Shown here one piece after another: positions 9,364 through 17,718 of a stretch of 32,000 bases of DNA. This stretch comes from Methylorubrum extorquens (GTDB lineage Bacteria > Pseudomonadota > Alphaproteobacteria > Rhizobiales > Beijerinckiaceae), in NCBI GenBank assembly GCA_900234795.1, contig LT962688.1, forward strand, positions 1,200,001 through 1,232,000, written 5' to 3'. Below the pieces are notes generated by a model. It had not been told where the DNA came from and searched no databases. It saw nothing but the letters and a program-made list of their open reading frames with translations. Position 1 is the stretch's first letter. Every line of letters begins with the position of its first letter. The translations under genes were made by a program, and so were the position numbers.

Positions 9364-9947
9364 GGGCGCTCATGGCCGGTCTCGCCGCCCTGCTGCTCCT
9401 CTCCGCCTGCGACCGCGGTGAAACCTCCGGCGAGACGTCGAACCCGGCGCCCGACCGCGGCGATGACGGGGCCATCGTCGCCTCGACCTCGGAAGACCAC
9501 CTGCCCGACTGGCTCTCGCCCACCGATGGAACCGACCCGGCGCGCTGGCTCGCGGGCCGCGAGGCGGGACACCCCTTGCCCGGCGACGCCGCGGCGGTCA
9601 GGGAACTGCGCGAATCCCTCGACCGGGCGCGCAGCGCCTTCGTGGAAGACAAGCGCATGATCGCCAACCGCACGGTGCAGCTCGGACAGATGCTGTCCGA
9701 GATCGGCAAGACGGAATCCTATCGCGGCCTGATCGACGGCCTCGGCGGGATTGCGTCGGTGCGGGGGCGCAACAAGAGTCTCTACGGCGAGATGTGCCAG
9801 CACTATTACAACACCCGCGCCCAGGGCGCCGACCACGACACCGCGCTCACCCGCCTCGAAGCCCGCGAGCGGCCGGATATCGCCGCGCCGAAGATGCCGC
9901 CCGATCCGCCCCGGGAATCGGAAAAACAGCCGGGAGGGCAGCCGTGA
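9360..9947 (+). CDS. mxaH: Small lipoprotein, at the mxaH position
   Basis: The ATG overlaps the preceding stop (ATGA). Lipobox LLLSAC. 195 aa. I recognise no enzymatic motif. The symbol is by position only. Confidence 0.6.
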   Translation: MRALMAGLAALLLLSACDRGETSGETSNPAPDRGDDGAIVASTSEDHLPDWLSPTDGTDPARWLAGREAGHPLPGDAAAVRELRESLDRARSAFVEDKRMIANRTVQLGQMLSEIGKTESYRGLIDGLGGIASVRGRNKSLYGEMCQHYYNTRAQGADHDTALTRLEARERPDIAAPKMPPDPPRESEKQPGGQP

Positions 9948-10621
9948 GCGACGGACGCGCCGCCGCCCGGCCCCTGCCGGCGCGGCCGGAGACGATGCTC
10001 GTCATCGACGACCACCCGATCGTGATGCAGGGGGTGCGCCGGCTGGCGGAAGCCGCGGGCGTGGCCAAAATCTACGAGGCCGCCGACATCGTCTCGGGCT
10101 ACCGCCTGTTCCACCGGCACCGGCCGGCCCTCGTGGTGGCCGATCTGAGCTTTCGCGACGACGGCCTGTCCGGCCTGTCGCTGATCCGCCGCATCCGGGC
10201 GCTCGATCCGGCCGCGCGCATCCTCGTCTTCAGCATGCATGCCGACCCGGTGCTGGTCTCCCGCGCCCTGGAGGGCGGCGCGCTCGGCTTCGCGCTCAAG
10301 GATGCCGGATCGGACGCCTTCCTGGAGGCGCTCGACGCCGTCCATGCCGGGCGGGGCTACCTGCCGCACGCGCTCGCCACCGACGTGGCGATGCTGAACC
10401 GCAGCGCCCGCCCCGCCCCGCTCGCCACCTTGAGCGCGCGCGAATTGCAGATCCTGTCGCTGCTGAGCCAGGGCAAATCCTACGACGCCATCGCCAGCGC
10501 CATGGCGGTGAGCTACCGCACGATCATCAATGCCAGTTCCAGCATGCGCAAGAAGCTCGGCGTCGAGTCGCGCGCCGGGCTGGTCCAGATCGCGGTCAAC
10601 CGGCGCAACGCGCTGCTGTGA
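9944..10621 (+). CDS. mxaB: MxaB, NarL/FixJ-type response regulator (REC plus LuxR HTH)
   Basis: GTG 9944 overlaps the mxaH stop (GTGA) and has GGGAGGG 5-6 nt upstream; an alternative start is ATG 9995 (MLVIDDHP). Receiver motifs LVIDDH, LVVADLSF and FSMH. C-terminal LuxR-type HTH (LSARELQILSLLSQGKSYDAIASAMAVSYRTI). Confidence 0.85.
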   Translation: MSDGRAAARPLPARPETMLVIDDHPIVMQGVRRLAEAAGVAKIYEAADIVSGYRLFHRHRPALVVADLSFRDDGLSGLSLIRRIRALDPAARILVFSMHADPVLVSRALEGGALGFALKDAGSDAFLEALDAVHAGRGYLPHALATDVAMLNRSARPAPLATLSARELQILSLLSQGKSYDAIASAMAVSYRTIINASSSMRKKLGVESRAGLVQIAVNRRNALL

Positions 10622-10657
10622 GCCGGTTCGAAGGCGTGCGGCGGGCAAGCGATCAGA

Positions 10658-10800
10658 GTCATCCCCATCCTCACCCTCATCCTGAGGTGCCCGCGACAGC
10701 GGGCCTTGAAGGATCCTCCAGGAAGCGCGCGATCCCTGGAAGATCCTTCGAGGCCGACGCTGCGCGCCGGCACCTCAGGATGAGGGGGCGGGTTGGATGA
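10658..10800. repeat. Palindromic REP/MITE-like intergenic element, copy A
   Basis: Perfect 18-bp terminal inverted repeat: CCCTCATCCTGAGGTGCC (10674-10691) and GGCACCTCAGGATGAGGG (10769-10786). Internal inverted repeat GGCCTTGAAGGATC / GATCCTTCGAGGCC. Shares CCTGAGGTGC, GAAGGATCCTCC, GATCCTTCGAGG and CCTCAGGATGAGG with the element at 21772-21900. Confidence 0.8.
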
Positions 10801-10814
10801 TTGTCACGCGGCCG

Positions 10815-11204
10815 TCACTTGGCGCCCCGCTCGGGCGCCGATCCGCCGAACGGGGCCCGCGGGCTGGCGTCGCCCGCGGGCGTGGCGAAGGGCAGCGTCA
10901 GCGCCGCCGCCGCGATCACGGCGGTGATCCAGCGCTTCGGCCGGTCGGGCAGGCTCGCGGCACGGCTCGGACCGTTGAGGCGGGGCCGGTGCACCTCCCC
11001 GCCGAGCGGGGTCGGGCGCCGGCCCTCCTCCGGCCCGCGATCCCGGTCCGAGTTGCGGTCGAGATTCCGCTCGACCGCGCCGAGCAGCGCGGCGGCCTCC
11101 CCGTCCAGGCTGTCCCAGTGCCGGGTCAGGGCGCCGTGCTCCGCCGGCTCGGACGCCGCGGCGTCCGGTCCGGTCTCCGTTGTCCGCTCCTCGGGGGCTG
11201 TCAT
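10815..11204 (-). CDS. Hypothetical small membrane-anchored protein (acidic N-terminus, one TM segment)
   Basis: 129-aa ORF starting 9 nt after the manC stop on the same strand. Third codon positions are almost all G/C, as in real genes of this genome. TM-like RWITAVIAAAALTLPFA. No clear SD sequence and no family recognised. Confidence 0.45.
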   Translation of the reverse strand: MTAPEERTTETGPDAAASEPAEHGALTRHWDSLDGEAAALLGAVERNLDRNSDRDRGPEEGRRPTPLGGEVHRPRLNGPSRAASLPDRPKRWITAVIAAAALTLPFATPAGDASPRAPFGGSAPERGAK

Positions 11205-11213
11205 GACGGCTGG

Positions 11214-12625
11214 TCAGGCGCGGTGGTAGGCATCCTCGAGGCGGACGATGTCGTCCTCGCCGAGGTAGCTGCCGAGTTGCACCTCGATCAGTTCGACATC
11301 GTCGTTGCCGGGATTCTCGAGGCGGTGGATGGCGCCGAGCGGGATGAAGATGTGCTCGCTCTCTCGCGGTAATCGGCGACCGTGTCGTCCACGGTGACCC
11401 GGGCGCAGCCGCGCACCACGACCCAGTGCTCGGCCCGGTGGCGGTGCTTCTGCAGTGAGAGCCGGCCGCCGGGCGCCACGGTGATCCGCTTGACCTGGAA
11501 GCCGTCGGAGGCTTCCAGCACCCGGTAGCTGCCCCAGGGGCGGTGCGAGGAGGCGTGCCACTCGGCCTGGGGCCGGCCCTTGCTGCGCAGGATCTCGACC
11601 ATCTTGCGCACGTCGCCGCAGCGGCTGCGGTCGGCCACCAGGATCGCGTCCTTCTCGGCCACCACGACGAGATCCCGCACGCCGACGAGCGAGGTCACCA
11701 TCCCGTCCGAGGAGACGAAGCAGCCCTCGGTGTCGAACAGCTCGGCCGCGCCGCGGCTGACATTGCCGAGATCGTCCCGCTCGCTGATCGCCCAGAGCGC
11801 GTTCCAGTTGCCGACATCCGACCAGCCGCAGCGCATCCGCGCGACCGCGGCGCGGCTCGTCTTCTCCATCACCGCGAAGTCGAGGGAGGTCTTGTGGGTG
11901 CCGGCAAACCCCTCGGCGTCGAGGGCGAGCGCCCCGCCCTCGTCGGCGGCGGCCTCGACCGCCAGGGCGGCGGCGGCGGCCGTGTCGGGATCGAACGCGG
12001 CGTATTCGGCGCACAGGGTGTCCGCCCGCATCAGGAAGTTGCCGGAGTTCCACAGCCAGCGGTCCGAGAGGTAGGTGGCGGCCCGCGCCGCGTCCGGCTT
12101 CTCGGCGAAGGTGTGCACCGCGTGGCAGCGCGCCTCGACGCGGGTGCCCGGCCGGATCCAGCCATATTCGGTGCTGGCGTGATCGGCCTCGATGCCGAAG
12201 GTGACGAGCCGCCCGGCCCGCGCCGCCGGCAGGGCGGAGGCGACGGCCCGCCGGAAGGCGCGCGGCTCGGTGACGATGTGGTCGGAGGGCAGCACGAGCA
12301 CCACCGCCTCGGGATCCTCCCGCGCCACCAGGGTGCAGGCGGCCAGGATCGCCGGGCCGGAATCGCGGCGCTCCGGCTCCAGCAGGAGGGTGACGCCCGC
12401 ATCGATCGCGGCGGCCTGCTTCTCGACGAGGCAGCGGTGATCGCGGTTGGCGACCACGATCGGCCGGGCGAAGAGCGGGCCCTGGAGCCGCAGCAGGGTC
12501 TGCTGGAAGGTCGAGTGCGGCCCGAGCAAAGGCACGAACTGCTTCGGCAATGAGGTGCGGGAGGTGGGCCAGAGCCGCGTTCCCGAGCCGCCGCAAAGGA
12601 TGACGGGCTGGATCCGTGCAGGCAT
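11214..12625 (-). pseudogene. manC: Mannose-1-phosphate guanylyltransferase / mannose-6-phosphate isomerase (ManC/XanB/CpsB type), interrupted by a 1-nt frameshift in the C-terminal cupin domain
   Basis: N-terminus [27 protein letters not shown] (nucleotidyl-transferase signature); AAGGA precedes ATG 12625. The frame read from 12625 gives ..[28 protein letters not shown] and then nonsense. The canonical cupin end [49 protein letters not shown] is in the adjacent frame and ends at 11214. Total length is 1412 nt (3n-1). The shift lies in GCGAGAGAGCGAGC (plus-strand 11355-11369). Confidence 0.85.
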
Positions 12626-12677
12626 CGACGGGCGTCCTTTTGTGCTGGGACTTGGAAGATGGAACTTGGAAGAAAGG

Positions 12678-14045
12678 TCAGCGGGTTTCGATCGAGCTGC
12701 GCAGGGCGGGTGCCGCCTGCGAGACGGGGCCGGGCGCGACCGCTCCGCCACGTGTGGGAGCCGGGGCCGGCGCCTCGCCGGTGCCGGCCTTGGCGGGTGA
12801 GACCTGCACGACGTCGCCCGGCAGCAGCACGGAGGTCAGGCTGGCCCGGAACGTCACCGCCCGGTCGCGCTGGGTCCGCGTCACCTCGACGTTCCAGCCG
12901 GTGGACTCGGTGCCGCCATCGGAGGCGGCGAGCCGCCGGGCACGGCTCTCCAAGAGGTCGCGGGCGATGGGCAGGCTCGCTTCCGTCTCCAGCAATTGCT
13001 GGCGGGTGGCCTGGAGATCGGCCACGACCCGGCGGCGATGGCCGTTCTCGGTGTCGCGCTGGCGCAGGGTCAGTTCGCCGGTCGCGGTGCCGTTGCGGGC
13101 GAGTTCCGCGTCGATCCGGGCGAGTTCCGCCCGGACCCGGGCATTCTCCCGCTGCCGGTCCACCATGATCGTCTGCAGGCCGTGGCCGTTATCGGTCAGT
13201 CGCGCGTAGTTGCGGACCTGGGCCTCGGTCAGCTTGACCTGTTCCTCGATCAGATTCCGCTGCTGGGTCAGCGACGTCCGCTCGGTCTCCAGCCGCTCGA
13301 CCTGCTGGCGCAGCAGGCCGACCTCGCTGCGCTCCGTCTCGCGCTGGAGCGAGAAGATCTCCTGTTCGCCGCGCATCAGCGCCGTCGCCTCCGGGCCGAT
13401 CAGTTCGTCCGAGACGAAGCTCGTCCGTCCGTCGCGCTGGGCCTCCAGCCGGAGCTGCCGGGCGCGCTGGGCGAGCCGGGCGAGTTCCAGGCTCCGCAGA
13501 CGCTCGCGCGCGGTCAGCATCTCGCCCTTGAGTTCGGTGATCGAGCGGTCGCCGACCCGCCCGCCGCCGGCCAGCGCCACCGCGCCGAGCACGGTGAGGC
13601 CGTAGCGGTAGGTGTAGCTGCCGGGCGAGCGCACCTCGCCGAGAACATAGACCGGCTTCATCTCGGAAAGGCGCAGGCTGACGGTGGCCGAGCGCAGGTA
13701 GCCGTCGTTGAGGCGGGTGCGCACCAGGGTCTCGGCCTGCTCGGGCGACAGCCCGGCGACCCGGACACGGCCGACCATCGGCAGGTTCAGGTCGCCCACC
13801 GCATCGACCACGTACTCGCCGGTCAGATCCGTCTGGCCGAAGACGACCATCGTCACCTTGTCGCCACTCGACAGCAGCAGCGCGGTCTCGGCCGAGGGCT
13901 CCGGCAAGGCCTCCGGAGCCTGCGCCTCGGCCGCGAGAGGGGTGCTCGCGAGAAGGAGCACAAGTCCCGAGCCGAGCATCGCGCCGAGCGTGGCGCCGCG
14001 GCGCCCCTCGCCGCTCCAAAACCGAAATGTCCTGAAATCGAGCAT
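12678..14045 (-). CDS. ExoF-like outer-membrane/periplasmic polysaccharide export protein (Poly_export + SLBB with a long coiled-coil insert)
   Basis: Start ATG 14045 (MLDFRTF..), chosen over the Arg-rich upstream extension. Signal peptide ..STPLAAEAQA. Poly_export-like GDKVTMVVFGQTDLTGEYVVDAVGDLNLPMVGRVRVAGLSPEQAE. SLBB-like VYVLGEVRSPGSYTY. About 200 aa of heptad-rich coiled coil. C-terminal LLPGDVVQV. Confidence 0.8.
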   Translation of the reverse strand: MLDFRTFRFWSGEGRRGATLGAMLGSGLVLLLASTPLAAEAQAPEALPEPSAETALLLSSGDKVTMVVFGQTDLTGEYVVDAVGDLNLPMVGRVRVAGLSPEQAETLVRTRLNDGYLRSATVSLRLSEMKPVYVLGEVRSPGSYTYRYGLTVLGAVALAGGGRVGDRSITELKGEMLTARERLRSLELARLAQRARQLRLEAQRDGRTSFVSDELIGPEATALMRGEQEIFSLQRETERSEVGLLRQQVERLETERTSLTQQRNLIEEQVKLTEAQVRNYARLTDNGHGLQTIMVDRQRENARVRAELARIDAELARNGTATGELTLRQRDTENGHRRRVVADLQATRQQLLETEASLPIARDLLESRARRLAASDGGTESTGWNVEVTRTQRDRAVTFRASLTSVLLPGDVVQVSPAKAGTGEAPAPAPTRGGAVAPGPVSQAAPALRSSIETR

Positions 14046-14500
14046 GCCTTCGCCTCTCAGGCCGCTTGCCGGGCGCCGGCCGGCGACGCGGCCGCTCGGG
14101 AGACTGCTCCATTCGGGAGCTCTGCCCGCTCGGCCGGTACCCCGGAGATGCCGGCCCGAAGCCCTCTGTGCTCGAGGGAGCACCGGGGAGAACCGGGAGG
14201 CGGCCGGGCTGCCGTGACGCCTTGTTTGAATGCCAGAGCCCCTTCCCGTTGGCTCTGGCTATTCGGTCACCTCGGGGTTCGCGACCGGGTTAGTCCGACG
14301 GTGCCGGTTGCGGCTCGAAGGCGCGGTTGGGAACCGATTCCGCGCGCGCCGCTTGGCCCACGGCAAGAAAGGGCTCGCACCTCCCGATCGTGGTAAACCG
14401 CCTTCGCACGCAGGACGTCGCGTCTTCCTCGAAACAGCAATGCCGAACCCGATCAAGGTCTCCTAAGCTGGGATCGACCGACAATGGGAGACGTCGAGCG

Positions 14501-15502
14501 ATGAAGAAGCGTATCCTCGTGACGGGTGGGGCCGGTTTTGTCGGCAGCCATCTGTGCGATCGACTGGTGGCGCAGGGACACGACGTGCTCGCGGTCGATA
14601 ATTTCTACACGGGCGACCGGTCGAACCTCGCCCAGCACCTGAGCAATCCGCGCTTCGAGGTCATGCGCCACGACGTGACCTTCCCGCTCTATGTCGAGGT
14701 GGACGAGATCTACAATCTCGCCTGCCCCGCCTCCCCGATCCACTATCAGCGCGACCCGGTGCAGACCACGAAGACGAGCGTGATCGGGGCCATCAACATG
14801 CTCGGGCTTGCCAAGCGGCTCGGCATCCCGATCCTCCAGGCCTCCACCAGCGAGATCTACGGCGATCCGGACGTGCACCCGCAGCCGGAGGATTATCGCG
14901 GCCTCGTCAGCGTCAGCGGCCCGCGCGCCTGCTACGACGAGGGCAAGCGCTGCGCCGAGACCCTGTTCTTCGACTACCAGCGCCGGCACCACGTGCCGAT
15001 CCGCGTGGCGCGCATCTTCAACACCTACGGGCCGCGGATGAACCGCGACGACGGCCGGGTCGTCTCGAACTTCGTCGTGCAGGCGCTGCGGGGCGAGCCG
15101 ATCACCCTCTACGGCGACGGCCGCCAGACCCGCGCCTTCTGCTTCGTCGACGACCTCGTCGAGGGGCTGATGCGCCTGATGAACGTCGAGGGCACGCTCG
15201 ACGGCGCGGTCAATCTCGGCAACCCGACCGAGGTGACCATCGCCGAGATCGCCCATCGGATCATCGCGCTCACCGGCTCGCGCTCGGAGATCGTCTACCG
15301 CCCGCTGCCGCAGGACGACCCGCGCCAGCGCTGCCCCGACATCACCCGGGCGAAGGCGATGCTGCACTGGACCCCGAAGGTCGGGCTCGACGAGGGGCTG
15401 ACGCGGACGATCGCCTATTTCGAGGCGCTGCTCTCGGCCTCCGGCTCGAGCGTGACGCCGTTCGAGCCGGCACTGCCCGAACTCGCGAAGACCGGCTCAT
15501 GA
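14501..15502 (+). CDS. uxs: UDP-glucuronate decarboxylase (UDP-xylose synthase), SDR family
   Basis: ATG 14501 has GGGAG 10 nt upstream. [16 protein letters not shown] Rossmann motif, catalytic [11 protein letters not shown], and the DGRVVSNF and GDGxQTRxFCFVDD motifs typical of UXS enzymes. 333 aa. Confidence 0.85.
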   Translation: MKKRILVTGGAGFVGSHLCDRLVAQGHDVLAVDNFYTGDRSNLAQHLSNPRFEVMRHDVTFPLYVEVDEIYNLACPASPIHYQRDPVQTTKTSVIGAINMLGLAKRLGIPILQASTSEIYGDPDVHPQPEDYRGLVSVSGPRACYDEGKRCAETLFFDYQRRHHVPIRVARIFNTYGPRMNRDDGRVVSNFVVQALRGEPITLYGDGRQTRAFCFVDDLVEGLMRLMNVEGTLDGAVNLGNPTEVTIAEIAHRIIALTGSRSEIVYRPLPQDDPRQRCPDITRAKAMLHWTPKVGLDEGLTRTIAYFEALLSASGSSVTPFEPALPELAKTGS

Positions 15503-16278
15503 GCGCACCCCTTCCCCGCGTTCCGATCCTGGGGGTGCCGGTCAGCGCGATCACGCTGGACGAGGCGGTGATGGCGGTCGAGGACTGGATCCTCGCCCGC
15601 CAGCGCCACTACGTCTGCATCACCGGCGCCCACGGCGTCATCGAGTGCCAGACCGATGGGAGCTTGCGCGCGATCCACGAGCGCGCCGGCCTCGTCACGC
15701 CGGACGGGATGCCGCTGGTCTTCATGGCGCGCCGGCTCGGCTTCCCGCGCACGCAGCGGGTCTACGGACCCGACCTCATGCGCGCGCTGACGGCCCTGTC
15801 GGCCCGCAAGGGCTACCGGCAATACTACTTCGGAGGCGGCTCCGGCCTGCCCGAGCGGCTGGCCGCGCGGATGACGGGGCAGTTCCCGGACCTGCCCATC
15901 GCCGGCACCTTCTCGCCCCCCTTCCGCCCGACCACGCCGGAGGAGGACGAGGCGATCGTCGCGCGCATCAACGCGGCGGCGCCCGACATCCTGTGGGTGG
16001 GCCTCAGCACCCCGAAGCAGGAATACTGGATGGCGCGCCACCGCGACCGGCTCGAGGTGCCGGTCATGGTCGGCGTCGGCGCGGCCTTCGACTTCCTCGC
16101 CGGCACCAAGCGGCAGGCGCCGGCCTGGATGCAGCAGCGCGGGCTCGAATGGGCCTTCCGCCTCGGCACCGAGCCGCGCCGGCTGGCCCGCCGCTACGGG
16201 CGGATCGTGCCCGAATTCATGCTGCGCGCCGCGTTCCAGCTCCTGAACGCGCCGTCGCGACCGCGCCGATCCTTCTAG
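15499..16278 (+). CDS. WecG/TagA/CpsF-family (GT26) glycosyltransferase
   Basis: ATGA overlap with the uxs stop. 259 aa. Family-typical [28 protein letters not shown] and [10 protein letters not shown] motifs. Confidence 0.8.
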   Translation: MSAPLPRVPILGVPVSAITLDEAVMAVEDWILARQRHYVCITGAHGVIECQTDGSLRAIHERAGLVTPDGMPLVFMARRLGFPRTQRVYGPDLMRALTALSARKGYRQYYFGGGSGLPERLAARMTGQFPDLPIAGTFSPPFRPTTPEEDEAIVARINAAAPDILWVGLSTPKQEYWMARHRDRLEVPVMVGVGAAFDFLAGTKRQAPAWMQQRGLEWAFRLGTEPRRLARRYGRIVPEFMLRAAFQLLNAPSRPRRSF

Positions 16279-16330
16279 AGGCCATCCCCAGGCCTCTCGG
16301 AAAAACAGTTCGCATCAATAGCTTGGCACT

Positions 16331-16360
16331 TGTCTCGGGCGGGGAGACCCGCCCGAGACA
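16331..16360 (+). terminator. Perfect GC-rich hairpin downstream of the uxs-GT26 pair (putative intrinsic terminator lacking a U-tract)
   Basis: TGTCTCGGGCGGG (16331-16343), loop GAGA, CCCGCCCGAGACA (16348-16360). A 13-bp perfect stem, 53 nt after the GT26 stop codon. No T-run follows. Confidence 0.45.
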
Positions 16361-16656
16361 GGCGCCTTGGACCCTGATCTGGAGACGTGGCCCGATCCGA
16401 CGCGATCGAGCCACGTCTTCCGTCATGTTCAGCCCAGAGGCTGTCCCGACGCCGAAATCGCGCGGGGCCGGGGCTCTTGCGGGGCACCCGGCACGCGCTC
16501 CGTCATGCTCACTTTCGACGGGCCGGGCCCCTCTTGGCCGCGCAGCGCCCCAAAGGATTACGGTAGCGCGAAAGTATGATCGCCCATCGAGAAGATATGC
16601 TCAGTCGGCCCTCGAAATAAGAATGGAAGCGCCAAAGCAGAAAAGGCGTCACACCC

Positions 16657-17658
16657 ATGTCGAAGAGCGCAGTTGTTACCGGGGCCGGCGGTTTCATTGG
16701 TGGACATCTGGTGACGTACCTGCGTCGCCACGGCTATCACGTCCGCGGCGTCGATATTAAATATCCCGATTTCGGGAACAGTGACGCGGACGAGTTCATG
16801 CTCGCCGACCTTCGGTCCTTCGAGGAGTGCCGCGAGGCGGTGAAGGGCGTTGACGAAGTCTACAATCTCGCCGCCGACATGGGCGGGATCGGCTACATCT
16901 CCGGCGCGCACGCCTCGATCACGTTCAACAACACGATGATCAGCGCGCAGATGCTGAAGGCCGCCTTCGACGCACGGGTCGAGCGGTTCCTGTTCTCCTC
17001 CTCGGCCTGCGTCTACCCGCAGCATCTGCAGGATGTGCCGAGCGTGATCCCGCTGAAGGAGGAGGATGCCTTCCCGGCCGCGCCGGAGGAAGGCTACGGC
17101 CTGGAGAAGCTCTACACGGAGAAGCTCTGCCAGTACTTCACCGAGGATTACGGCTTCCCGACCCGCTCCGTCCGCTTCCACAACGTCTACGGGCCGCTCG
17201 GCACCTATGACGGCGGCAAGGAAAAGGCGCCCGCCGCGATCTGCCGCAAGATCGCGCGCACGCCCGATGGCGGCACGATCGACATCTGGGGCGACGGCCA
17301 GCAGACCCGCTCGTTCATGTACGTCGACGACTGCGTCGAGGGCATCTACCGCATCATGCAGTCGGACCATCACGGGCCGCTCAATCTCGGCACCGACGAA
17401 CTCGTCAGCATCAGCGGCCTCGTCGATCTCGTGGCCGAAGTCTCCGGCAAGACGATCCACAAGGCGTTCGACCTGAGCAAGCCGCAGGGCGTGCGCGGGC
17501 GCAACAGCGACAACACCCGCCTGCGCGAGGTTCTGGGCTGGGAGCCCCTCATCCACCTGCGCGAGGGCCTGCAGCCGACCTACCGCTGGATCAACGAACA
17601 GATCCAGCAGGCACAGGCGGCCCAGGCGGACGCCGCCCCCCGGCAGGCCGCCGAGTAA
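16657..17658 (+). CDS. GDP-mannose 3,5-epimerase homologue (GME family SDR; predicted GDP-L-galactose/GDP-L-gulose forming)
   Basis: 333 aa. Long collinear motif matches to plant GME as I remember it: NLAADMGG(I/M)G(Y/F)I, NNTMIS, SSAC(V/I)YP, YGLEKL, RFHN(V/I)YGP.GT..GG.EKAPAA.CRK, WGDG.QTRSF, GVRGRNSDN, LGW.P. Rossmann motif VTGAGGFIGGHL. Confidence 0.75.
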   Translation: MSKSAVVTGAGGFIGGHLVTYLRRHGYHVRGVDIKYPDFGNSDADEFMLADLRSFEECREAVKGVDEVYNLAADMGGIGYISGAHASITFNNTMISAQMLKAAFDARVERFLFSSSACVYPQHLQDVPSVIPLKEEDAFPAAPEEGYGLEKLYTEKLCQYFTEDYGFPTRSVRFHNVYGPLGTYDGGKEKAPAAICRKIARTPDGGTIDIWGDGQQTRSFMYVDDCVEGIYRIMQSDHHGPLNLGTDELVSISGLVDLVAEVSGKTIHKAFDLSKPQGVRGRNSDNTRLREVLGWEPLIHLREGLQPTYRWINEQIQQAQAAQADAAPRQAAE

Positions 17659-17718
17659 GCGCGGCGATCCCGCGCTTTCCGCCCGCCCTCCCGCCCGTCA
17701 CGCAGCACGAGCGAGCCC

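Noticed and set aside
10621-10640. GGTTCGAAGG resembling a tRNA T-arm
   Set aside because: No acceptor, anticodon or D-arm can be built around it, and the T-loop consensus GGTTCGAATCC is not met.
9751-10800. 349-aa plus-strand ORF overlapping mxaH/mxaB and running through the REP element
   Set aside because: It is an off-frame reading of mxaB. Its tail is the translated palindromic repeat (..PEVPATAGLEGSSRKRAIPGRSFEADAARRHLRMRG), a known source of false hypothetical proteins.
10797-11372. Plus-strand ORFs 10797-11372 and 10801-11229, opposite the small minus-strand ORF
   Set aside because: Arg/Gly-rich, and they overlap the manC 3' end. The minus-strand ORF has better codon bias and operon context. 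Even so, I give that ORF only moderate confidence.
12996-14396. 466-aa plus-strand ORF (and 12616-13209, 13189-14112) overlapping the exoF-like gene
   Set aside because: Antisense or off-frame shadows. The minus-strand frame carries Poly_export/SLBB motifs and a signal peptide.
14300-14500. Possible c-di-GMP or other riboswitch in the uxs leader
   Set aside because: I could not align it to the GEMM-I consensus or to any other riboswitch core I know. Only an Infernal/Rfam scan could settle this.
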